Below are positions 19,724 through 28,160 of a stretch of DNA of 64,000 nt, piece after piece. The DNA is from Dehalococcoidia bacterium (lineage in GTDB: Bacteria > Chloroflexota > Dehalococcoidia > Plut-88900). The notes beneath the pieces were generated by a model that was not told where the DNA came from, ran no database searches, and was given only the letters and a program-made list of their open reading frames with translations. The position numbers and the translations under genes are program-made. Each line of letters starts with the position of its first letter. Position 1 is the first letter of the stretch. The stretch covers positions 2,012,974-2,076,973 of the forward strand of contig CBDBLV010000005.1 in the NCBI GenBank assembly GCA_965207225.1, written 5' to 3'.

Positions 19724-20940
19724 AGCTTCCCCAGACGCCTCTGCACGTCCGATAGCTCCGCCTCGACTGACTCCAGCCTGCCGGACAGCTCTCCAGCCAT
19801 GGCGTCTATCTCCTCCGCCACCAGTTGCACCAGCTCCACGATGGTCTCCTCGGTCAGGATGCGCTCCCGTATCTTCTCCACCACGAAGTCCTCGACCTTG
19901 GGGGCGTTCAGGTAGCGGGCGCTGCACGTCCCCGCTCCCTCCCTGAACAGCGTCCCGCAGATGTAGTAGGCGAACTGCCCGCTCTTGGCTCCCTGGGCCG
20001 AGTAGGGCCTGCCGCACACTCCGCACTTCAGCAGCCCGCTCAGCAGGTACTGGCTCCCCACTCTACCGGGCCTCTGCACCTTCGGCGCACGCTCGCTCAT
20101 CGCCTGCTGCACCTCGTCGAACAGCTCCCGCGACACCAGGGCAGGCCACGCTCCCTCCACCCGCACCGGGTCCTGGGCCTTCTCGTTCTTGCCCTTGAGT
20201 CCCCATACGGCTGTTCCCGTATAGGCTTCGTTCCTCAGCACGTAGTGGAGTCCGCCCTTGTACCAGCGCTTCCCCCGGTTGGTGACGCCCCGGTCGTTCA
20301 GCTCCCTACACAGCTCCTTGAGGCCGTGACCGCTCAGGGACTTCTCGAATATCTCCTTCACTACAGGAGCGGTGGCCGGGTCAACCTCAAGTGAGGGGCG
20401 CTCCTTCGCCCCGTCCTGTACCTTGATCTTCCTGTAGCCGAAGGGGGCCTTGGAGCCGAGGAAGAAGCCTCTCGACGCCGCTTCCCTCATCCCCCTGACA
20501 ACCTCTTCCGCAAGACTCTCCGAATAGAATTCATCCACCGACTCGATGATGCCCTCCAGCAGCCTGCCGGTGACGGTGTCGTCGGCCTGCTCGGTGATGG
20601 AGATCACCCTGATGCCCTTGCGCCTAAGCTGGGACTTGAACGCGACGGCGTGCTCCCGCTTGCGGGTGAAGCGCGAGAATTTCCACACCAAGATGACCTC
20701 AAAAGGAGCCTGGGGCTTGGAGCCCTCCTCGATCATCTCCCGGAACTGGGGCCGGTCGGCGACCCTGCCGCTCTCGGCCTCGTCCACGTACTCCCGTGTC
20801 ACGGAGTAGCCGTTGGCCTTCGCATATTCCTTGAGCGCCCGCAGCTGGGCGGACACGGACAGGTCCACGTCCTGCCTGTCGCTGGACACCCTGGCGTAGA
20901 GTGCCGCCGCCGTCAGCGGCTGTAGGTGCTGCTTCTTCAT
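19294..20940 (-). CDS. Large serine recombinase B, paralogue of A
   Basis: YARVSS, LLSGLLKCGVC; 3' end crosses the att centre. Confidence 0.93.
   Translation of the reverse strand: MKKQHLQPLTAAALYARVSSDRQDVDLSVSAQLRALKEYAKANGYSVTREYVDEAESGRVADRPQFREMIEEGSKPQAPFEVILVWKFSRFTRKREHAVAFKSQLRRKGIRVISITEQADDTVTGRLLEGIIESVDEFYSESLAEEVVRGMREAASRGFFLGSKAPFGYRKIKVQDGAKERPSLEVDPATAPVVKEIFEKSLSGHGLKELCRELNDRGVTNRGKRWYKGGLHYVLRNEAYTGTAVWGLKGKNEKAQDPVRVEGAWPALVSRELFDEVQQAMSERAPKVQRPGRVGSQYLLSGLLKCGVCGRPYSAQGAKSGQFAYYICGTLFREGAGTCSARYLNAPKVEDFVVEKIRERILTEETIVELVQLVAEEIDAMAGELSGRLESVEAELSDVQRRLGKLYEAIETSDLTLEVLSPRIMSLRHREEQLEAAREDAETQLERRRVALPDTEEIAEYVADFREFLREGTIPERKALIRNFVEAIEVVEDEATLTYTVPMPRDGVRRESASVLDFVQSGPPFLTVDRTEPFRSISSAVFPPTGPS
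19346..19401. other. att junction between elements A and B
   Basis: Symmetric TCGGTTCT...AGAACCGA and CGTC...GACG around the central GG. Confidence 0.85.
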
Positions 20941-20983
20941 GTCGTCCTCCTCTGCAATCTTCTGTACTTAGGGGAGGCCAGCC

Positions 20984-22030
20984 TTAGGCCAGCCCCCAGG
21001 GGTAAGATTCACCTTTGACATATGAAATGGAACCGTCCAACCTCACCGTGATTACGGCGTCGAAGGCCGATAGGTCGCACCCATCCCAGGCTGCGGACTC
21101 CGTGCCACCGATAGAATCTACGATGTCCACTAGTAAGAGGCAGAAGCGAGAGTATTCTGGGCATTCGGCTCGCTTACCTGCTTTGTCGTTGACCTCCTCC
21201 TGTAAAACTTCACCGACCTTGTCGTTCGTTATGAAGTTCCGGAAGACATTGTTCCGTCCCCTAGCGTCCAGTTCTCGATTCACCTCCACATAAGAGACCA
21301 TGCCAGATTCTACGCGTGCAACCTCAACTGCCCATTCCTGCCCTTCCACGAGGAGTTCAAAGTCGGGAAAGCTATTCCCGAGAGGTTCGTATCGATATTT
21401 CAGGTCTTCTTGTGAGATGCCGAAACGCGAACATAGGTCAACACGGAGTGAATGGAGAGCGAAGTGCTCCATGTCTTCCTTGGAAGCATACGCGGGCGAG
21501 AATCGAAGCCCGTCCAACCGGTCGCTTTCTACGAGACGCTGTACGGCAGGGTCCGTTGGGTTGACCAGGCCGATGACGATGCTGTCTTGACTCATGTATT
21601 CGTCCTCGAAGAGGTCTACCCTGAACGCGAAGGTTTCCTTCATGTGGTGAACGCTCAATAGTTTTCGATTGTCGGTAGACAAGGGAAGATGAGACAGGAT
21701 TGAGGTCAACTTCTCCCGCTTCATTGGGTGATAACGGATGAGTACGCTATCGCATCCATGGACCCAGTCCATGTCATTCTGGGAGATGATGTGTGACACC
21801 TCTTCCCTCAGAAATCCAAGAGTCAGTTTTCTCCCGTTGGCTGGGGTATGTGGGACAGACTCGGAGAGATCTTTGGATTCTAAGGCGGCCCTCAAAGAGT
21901 TCGACGCACGCCGGTACTCATTGACGGTGCTTCCCTGTTTACCCGGAATCAAGACAAACTGATACCAGGGCAACTTCTGGTATTCAGGGTCTTCCTTCTT
22001 CACATACTTGGTCGGAAAGGCGGATGTCAT
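20984..22030 (-). CDS. Hypothetical protein with C-terminal PD-(D/E)XK-like motif
   Basis: FPDFELL...WAVEVAR; lower GC than its flanks. Confidence 0.6.
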   Translation of the reverse strand: MTSAFPTKYVKKEDPEYQKLPWYQFVLIPGKQGSTVNEYRRASNSLRAALESKDLSESVPHTPANGRKLTLGFLREEVSHIISQNDMDWVHGCDSVLIRYHPMKREKLTSILSHLPLSTDNRKLLSVHHMKETFAFRVDLFEDEYMSQDSIVIGLVNPTDPAVQRLVESDRLDGLRFSPAYASKEDMEHFALHSLRVDLCSRFGISQEDLKYRYEPLGNSFPDFELLVEGQEWAVEVARVESGMVSYVEVNRELDARGRNNVFRNFITNDKVGEVLQEEVNDKAGKRAECPEYSRFCLLLVDIVDSIGGTESAAWDGCDLSAFDAVITVRLDGSISYVKGESYPWGLA

Positions 22031-22076
22031 GAAGTTTTCCTAATCTCGCTGGGGGTTCCGAATCGTGGTTCGCAAC

Positions 22077-22409
22077 TTAACTCACCAGGACGCCTATCGT
22101 GGTGCCAAGGGCGCTGGCGATGCGTACCAGGGCCGAGGCCGATCCGGGTTTCAGCCCGCGCTCAATCTCGGAGAGGTACCCTGAGGCAAGGCCGGTCCTC
22201 TCGGACAACTCCCTCAGGGTCATGCCCTGGTGGTTCCGAAGCGCCTGGATGGGACCCTTCCCCCGCATGATGTCGAGAGCGACCTCGTGAGGGACGCGCA
22301 CGCCGTCGTCGGCGTCCTGGGCAGCCAGCATGTCCTCAAGCTGGCTGTTGCGCTCGATGAGAGCGTCGTACTCCCTTCGAGTCAAGGTTACGGTCTGTTC
22401 GCTAGTCAT
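22077..22409 (-). CDS. XRE HTH antitoxin
   Basis: ALRNHQGMTLRELSERTGLASGYLSEIERG; overlaps the toxin stop. Confidence 0.85.
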   Translation of the reverse strand: MTSEQTVTLTRREYDALIERNSQLEDMLAAQDADDGVRVPHEVALDIMRGKGPIQALRNHQGMTLRELSERTGLASGYLSEIERGLKPGSASALVRIASALGTTIGVLVS

Positions 22410-22659
22410 AAGCCTCCCTCCTGTGTCGAACTCTCAGGATTATGAGGGTTGAGGGCTCGCCATGTTCGGTGGCGAAGATGACGCGGTGTTGGCCGACCCG
22501 CAACCGGCTGTAGTCACTGCCGGTCAGCGCAGTCACCTGTCTGGCGAGAGAGGCGGGGTTCTCGGCATATTGCTCAACCTTGCCGATGATGCGCTCCCTG
22601 TCCCGCGCGGCGAGACGGCGCATATCCCTGATGGCCCGCGTCCCCCATTCGATTTGCAT
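22402..22659 (-). CDS. RelE/ParE-family toxin
   Basis: RLRVGQHRVIF...VRHRREAY. Confidence 0.85.
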   Translation of the reverse strand: MQIEWGTRAIRDMRRLAARDRERIIGKVEQYAENPASLARQVTALTGSDYSRLRVGQHRVIFATEHGEPSTLIILRVRHRREAYD

Positions 22660-22888
22660 TCCCTCATACACACCCTCTATATTCGCAAATAGAGAGCAGT
22701 GAGTCAAGGGCGCACCCACGCGGGCAGCGTCTCTAGTTTCAGCTAGAGTGATTTCCGAAAGCCGCCTCATCCGCCACTTTCGCAGGACGGTCAGCAACCG
22801 GCGCAGTGCTTGAATCTCGTATTTCGCTCGCTCTGGTTGCATACCCTCACCCCAGGCAGCATTCTCCCTTCAAACTGAGACACTACCC

Positions 22889-23323
22889 TCACGCGACCAG
22901 CCGCCACGTGAGCAGACCAACGACCACGAGCAGCACGACAACGGCCAGGCCGAGCCTGACGGCCAACCGCCTCATTCGTCTGCGGGCATCGCGCTCCTTC
23001 TCGTACTTCTCCTCCATCTCCTCAAGCGCCTGCCGGTCGGCGGCTGCGGCGTACACCGCCTCGTCCCGCTCCCGCTCCAACGCCTGCGCCCGCCGATCCA
23101 GCTCCAGCAGCCTCCGCCCAAGCTTCCCCTCACGTGCCAGAGCCCGGCGCAGCAGCTCCTCGTCGCTCACCCGGTCCGGCCCCTCCATCCGCACGTTGAC
23201 CCTCCGGCCCTCCCTGCGCACCTCGACCTCTCCCCGCCGGATCATCCGGTCGAGGGTCGAGATGGAGACCTCCATCTCCCGCGCCGCCTCCGCCTTCGCC
23301 ACCCAGCGCACCCGCTCAGCCAT
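22889..23323 (-). CDS. HTH, coiled-coil and C-terminal TM protein
   Basis: AEAAREMEVSISTLDRMIRRG; hydrophobic tail. Confidence 0.7.
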   Translation of the reverse strand: MAERVRWVAKAEAAREMEVSISTLDRMIRRGEVEVRREGRRVNVRMEGPDRVSDEELLRRALAREGKLGRRLLELDRRAQALERERDEAVYAAAADRQALEEMEEKYEKERDARRRMRRLAVRLGLAVVVLLVVVGLLTWRLVA

Positions 23324-23756
23324 CGCTCCCGTCCTCGCCCTGCCGCCTGCGCCGCCGCCACCGGCTGAACAGGCGCAGCCCACCGCCCTCGGCGTCGTCT
23401 TCCTGCTCCCGCGCCGCCTCCAGGGCCTCCACGCGCTCCGTCAGGTCATCCACGAGGTTCCTGAGATCATCCACCTCTCTGATCGCCTGCCGCATCCTCC
23501 CCTCCAGCCTGTCCAGGGGCGTCGTCCTCTCCCCATCGGGATCGTCCAGGCCGGCCATGAACCGCTGCACGGCCAGGGTCATCTTGCTCGTCAACCGCTC
23601 TTTGCTCAGGGCCAGGGCCACCGTCTTCCGGTTCACACCCAGCAGGGCCGCCGTCCTGCGCTGACCCTCCCGCTGGACGAGGTACTCCACGACCCACTTC
23701 TGGTCGGGTCGCCCGTCTACGGCCTTCGATTTCATCTTCGACTTCCCAGAGGTCAT
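23316..23756 (-). CDS. HTH regulator, paralogue of 1866..2723
   Basis: GQRRTAALLGVNRKTVALAL plus coiled coil. Confidence 0.7.
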   Translation of the reverse strand: MTSGKSKMKSKAVDGRPDQKWVVEYLVQREGQRRTAALLGVNRKTVALALSKERLTSKMTLAVQRFMAGLDDPDGERTTPLDRLEGRMRQAIREVDDLRNLVDDLTERVEALEAAREQEDDAEGGGLRLFSRWRRRRRQGEDGSDG

Positions 23757-24286
23757 CTTCGTCCTCTACCGAGATGGGCCGTTTCTGCAATTTTCGGTGG
23801 AACCGGCCCTTGACAGCGACCGGTCACATTTTTCGGCCAAACCCCCGAAATGTTGCATAAATCCAAACCTGCGTGGCCCGAAATGTCCGCTCCTGACCAT
23901 GCCCCCATTTCGCGTCATGCACCCCCACCTCAATTCCTGCAATTTCCGGTGGGCCGCCCTGGGCCAAAGACGCCGCCGACGCGCCGGTTTTGCTCCTCAT
24001 AGACGCTTCAGACCCGCATCCGTACCTACATCCCCCATGATCGGCTGACCGGTCAGGGTGGTAAGAGTGCAATTCCGGCGTCTCCGGAGCGCGCCCTAAC
24101 TTTAGCACAGCTTCTCCCCAACCTGCATTATTTGCCGTTGACCGGTCGAGGACGTTGCAGCCCGTTTCGTAGCTGAATCAGGGGAATATGACCGGTCTCG
24201 GCTATTTCGAGGCCCCGCCGGAGGTACAACTTGTACCGTTTTGCGCCCCCCAGACGCCAGGGAGGGCAGACAGCGTTGCATCGACG

Positions 24287-26116
24287 CTATCTATGTCCCC
24301 TCCTATTGGACGCCTCTACAGGACGGGTGGGACGCATCCGGTGGTACAGCGGGTCGTAGACGTAATCGCTCAGCTGGGACAGCCTCAGCCGGGGGGAGGA
24401 CGGCGCCCACAGGGGGCGCCAGGACTCCCCCAGTATCCCCGTGGTGCTAAGCACAGGGATGCAGGACACCAGGACGGGCAGCGACATCCGGTGCATCCGG
24501 GCGGCGGTGCTCATGTAGGTCTCCTCCACCTCCTCACTGTCCACGACGAACAGCGTGACCGGGTACGGCGGCAGGTCCTCTTTGTGCTCGTTGGACCAGT
24601 AGTAGTCTTCGTAGGGGTCCAGTCGTGCCATCACTCCCCTGGGGTGACGGGCTCTGAGTTCGTGCTCAAGGTAGAAGGGCACAGGATGGCCCTCGGCGAC
24701 AAGATGCCCAACGGCGTCGGGGGCGATGGCGGAGCGGCCCCAGTTGTAGGCCCGGTCGGACCTGGCGGTGGGGACAAGCCATACAAGCTCACTGTCGGGA
24801 TCGGAACGGGTCTCAGATGCAAGCTGCGAGAGGAACCAGGTGATGCCGTCCGTGTGCCTCGTCTGCCTCGCCCACGTCTCGATACGGTGGCCTACGTGCC
24901 GAGGCCGTCCCTCTTTGTCCGTGGTGCGCTCCGTGCTCCAGATACCCCGCGTGGTGGGCAGCTCGGCCCGGTCCCGGTGGGTCACGTAGCGTATCCCCTC
25001 GTCGGACAGCGTGTAGCGAACCTCGCCCCGTTTGCCCCGGCGCTCCACGAGACCCCAGGTCTTCACCAGGCCGTGCATCATCTGGCTGACCCTTCCCTCG
25101 GAGACGCCCAGCCAGGTCGCCAGGTGCTCGCGGGGGATCATCGGGTGGTCGGTGATGAGGTCCAGCGTGCGCTTCTCAGCGGGGCTGAGGCCGAAGGCCG
25201 GCGCAGCCTGCGTCATCCGCTCAGGATCGGGCAGGGAAGCTCGCTTACGCTCCGGCGACATGGTGAGGGGTCTTCGTCTCCTGCCAGCCGTGCCCCGGGA
25301 GATGACATCTTCCAACGTGTGGAAGACGTTCCCAACCCACCCCGTGGTCTCCTGCCAGACCCGGCGGTTTCGTCGTTCTAGGGCGGTCCTGGACTCTACG
25401 GCAACGAAGCAGTCACGCAGATAGACCTGCTCGCAGAACCTCCCCGTCTGCCTCCGCTCCCAGACGCTGGGAACCAGGCTGAGAATGACATCGGGGCGGC
25501 GGCTGGAGTCGTAGTGGGCCAAGGCCCGTAGCCGGTCGCGGAGGGAGCGCCTGCGTAGGGCCAGGCCCTGGCGCACCACGCCGAAGTCCCGCCCGTCGTG
25601 GAGGGTGATGGTGGCGTCGAACCGGCCCCTGCGGTGGAACTCCACGCGGGACCGCAGGCCGTCCGAGCCGGGGGACATCGTGGCGGCGAGACGGTAGACG
25701 GCGGCCACGGCGTCCATCCTGCGCAGGAGCAGCGTCAGCCACTCCCTGGACATGGGGTAGGCCCGCACGAAGTCCGAAAGCGTGTCGTAGTCCAGCAAGT
25801 CGGCTGTCTCACGTATGCCCTTCGCCGTCAGGTAGTATCGTGCGCTTGACGGCAGGTGGACGGTGCCGTGGGTGACTCTCCCGACGATGCCATCGTCCAG
25901 CAGGCCGGTCAGGGCGCGATGGACGGTCGCGTGCGGCTCGCCCAGGACAAGCGCCAGCTCCGTCGATTCGACGAAGGGCATCCGGGCAAGTGCGTCGAGC
26001 AGCTGGTGGTCAGTAAGGACCATAGCCCCACGGTAGCGATTGAGCGTCCTGGTGGGCAACTGGGACGTGTCAGCGCCGCGCTTGGCACCGACAGACTGCT
26101 GAGAAGCCTGACTCAC
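24287..26116 (-). CDS. Replication-relaxation family relaxase B (start may be 26023)
   Basis: Colinear paralogue of 14324..15985; APDAVG...FYLEHE. Confidence 0.75.
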   Translation of the reverse strand: MSQASQQSVGAKRGADTSQLPTRTLNRYRGAMVLTDHQLLDALARMPFVESTELALVLGEPHATVHRALTGLLDDGIVGRVTHGTVHLPSSARYYLTAKGIRETADLLDYDTLSDFVRAYPMSREWLTLLLRRMDAVAAVYRLAATMSPGSDGLRSRVEFHRRGRFDATITLHDGRDFGVVRQGLALRRRSLRDRLRALAHYDSSRRPDVILSLVPSVWERRQTGRFCEQVYLRDCFVAVESRTALERRNRRVWQETTGWVGNVFHTLEDVISRGTAGRRRRPLTMSPERKRASLPDPERMTQAAPAFGLSPAEKRTLDLITDHPMIPREHLATWLGVSEGRVSQMMHGLVKTWGLVERRGKRGEVRYTLSDEGIRYVTHRDRAELPTTRGIWSTERTTDKEGRPRHVGHRIETWARQTRHTDGITWFLSQLASETRSDPDSELVWLVPTARSDRAYNWGRSAIAPDAVGHLVAEGHPVPFYLEHELRARHPRGVMARLDPYEDYYWSNEHKEDLPPYPVTLFVVDSEEVEETYMSTAARMHRMSLPVLVSCIPVLSTTGILGESWRPLWAPSSPRLRLSQLSDYVYDPLYHRMRPTRPVEASNRRGHR

Positions 26117-26236
26117 AAGGAGTCACCTATGGCTAGTCGTGCTCGTAGCCAGCCCGCGCATGTCGTCTACGCGTCTCTTAGTTGAAGGCTTCTAGACGTT
26201 GAATCACCGCTACTTGAAGTATATACTTCCGAGTAG

Positions 26237-26443
26237 TTGGAAGGGAGGAGCAGCTTGAAAGGTACTGAAAATGGACAACGTGGAACTTTCCTGGTGACGG
26301 CGTATAGGTGTCGTTGTGGACACGAGTGGGTTCCAAAGAAACTGCGCAGCGCGGAACGTCCACGGGTTTGCCCAAAGTGCAAGAGCGCCAACTGGGACAG
26401 GCCCTATCAATTTCGGAGGGGAGGTGCTCCTAGCCAATCATGA
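26237..26443 (+). CDS. Small Zn-ribbon protein (start may be 26255)
   Basis: CRCGHEW...CPKCKSANW; overlaps the MTase start. Confidence 0.6.
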   Translation: MEGRSSLKGTENGQRGTFLVTAYRCRCGHEWVPKKLRSAERPRVCPKCKSANWDRPYQFRRGGAPSQS

Positions 26444-27363
26444 GTACTCTTGAAGCACCCAACTCAGCCGACTTGGTGACTGTGGACAAAGGCCACATTC
26501 TTCTTGGAAACGCATTCGACTGGCTGGAGAAGGCCGAACGAAACTCGATTCACGCCGTGGTGACCGACCCGCCGTACGGGTTAGTTGAGTACTCGCCATG
26601 TCAACTCGAAAAGCTCCGCAACGGCAACGGAGGGGTTTGGCGAATACCTCCGGCGTTCGACAACGCCGCCCGCAAGCCCGTTCCTAGATTCACAGTGCTA
26701 AATGACGACGACAAGGAGCGTCTTGAGGCGTTCTTTGATCGCTTTGCTGCCCTGCTGATGCCGGTCTTGGTTCCCGGCGCTCATGTCTTCATAGCGACCA
26801 ACCCTCTAGTCTCCCACTTCGTCTATCTGCCCTTCGTCAGGGCGGGCTTCGAGAAGCGGGGAGAGATCGTCCGTGTGGTTCAAACCTTGCGTGGTGGTGA
26901 CCGTCCCAAGAATGCACACGTTGAGTTCTCCTCTGTCTCGGTCATGCCCCGGTCCTGCTGGGAACCGTGGGGCCTGTTCCGCAAGCCATGTGAAGGACGT
27001 GTCCAAGACAATCTGCGCAAATGGAAGACAGGGGGGCTTTCGCGTGTGTCCGACACTGAGCCATTTCGGGATCTCATTCAATCCTCTCCCGCTCGGGGAC
27101 TCGAAAAGAAGGTAGCCCCTCACCCGACGCTAAAGCCTCAAGACTTCATGCGGCAACTTGCACGAGCTTCTCTTCCGTTGGGCGAAGGCGTAATCCTTGA
27201 CCCGTTTATGGGTTCTGGCTCTACGATCGCGGCAGCTGCCGCTTGTGGTCTGGACAGCATAGGTATCGAGATCGACCCGGAGTACTTCAAGATGGCGCGT
27301 ACAGCTATTCCTCAGCTAGCGAAGTACGTCCCTAACGGAAGCAGGCATAATGGTCAGAAATGA
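26440..27363 (+). CDS. N4/N6 DNA methyltransferase, beta class
   Basis: TDPPY, HPTLKP, LDPFMGSGST. Confidence 0.92.
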   Translation: MSTLEAPNSADLVTVDKGHILLGNAFDWLEKAERNSIHAVVTDPPYGLVEYSPCQLEKLRNGNGGVWRIPPAFDNAARKPVPRFTVLNDDDKERLEAFFDRFAALLMPVLVPGAHVFIATNPLVSHFVYLPFVRAGFEKRGEIVRVVQTLRGGDRPKNAHVEFSSVSVMPRSCWEPWGLFRKPCEGRVQDNLRKWKTGGLSRVSDTEPFRDLIQSSPARGLEKKVAPHPTLKPQDFMRQLARASLPLGEGVILDPFMGSGSTIAAAAACGLDSIGIEIDPEYFKMARTAIPQLAKYVPNGSRHNGQK

Positions 27364-27958
27364 CTGGTTCGATTCATCGGTGCCGCTTCCTCCAGGTCTA
27401 ACTGTCGGCGCGATCCGCAGGTCTATAGACTATGTCGAGCGTGAGCTCGCGGAGTTGGTGGAAATCTACGACGAGCAAATGAACGTATTCAGCGCAATTG
27501 TCGGAATCTTCGGTACGCGAGCACTCGACTCGGTCAGCAACTACGAGAAGCACAGGAACCTCGACACCGCCCAGCAACGGTTTCCCGATCTGCGTCGAAG
27601 AGGGTCCGGTTCGAACCCCACGGCCAACGACTCATTGGAGAGTAAGGCAAGCAAGAGGCCGTGGGCGCTGCAATCGCATTTCGACCATCCTGGATGGTAT
27701 ATCGTCTGGCGATATCTTGTTGATCCTACCGAGACGTTAGAAGCTGGCAGGCCGGTCATTGTTTGGCGCGTGGACGTCGCATTCATCGATAAGGAAGATT
27801 GGAAGTACGAATCGAGCAGCGCAGGACCGGCGGGCGGAGGACGTACTCACACCTTCGGCCTGAATCGTCCGGCAACAAAATTGCGGGGCAAGGCTGTCTA
27901 TCGACGGGGCGATGTCGCCCTAGTTGGTGGGAAGCCGATCCCTGCGAATGGCGACTAG
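27350..27958 (+). CDS. Putative type II restriction endonuclease
   Basis: RFPDL...LESKAS; overlaps the MTase. Confidence 0.6.
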   Translation: MVRNDWFDSSVPLPPGLTVGAIRRSIDYVERELAELVEIYDEQMNVFSAIVGIFGTRALDSVSNYEKHRNLDTAQQRFPDLRRRGSGSNPTANDSLESKASKRPWALQSHFDHPGWYIVWRYLVDPTETLEAGRPVIVWRVDVAFIDKEDWKYESSSAGPAGGGRTHTFGLNRPATKLRGKAVYRRGDVALVGGKPIPANGD

Positions 27959-28160
27959 ACATATTGGATCAGGTGCCGAAGGTGGATGACCGAAGATGTC
28001 GCCGCGCTTTACGCCCAAGCCTAAGTTCGCAGCCATGACTTCGTGCACCAAGTTTAGGCCACCTTCGTCTCTCCTGGAATCTGGAAGCAACATCCGCCCG
28101 ACAATGGGCATCCATCCACTTCCACCTAGCCTTGCCACTATCGGACCAGGAGCCGCCCCA

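Noticed and set aside
24188-25381. 397 aa plus-strand ORF
   Set aside because: Antisense shadow of relaxase B
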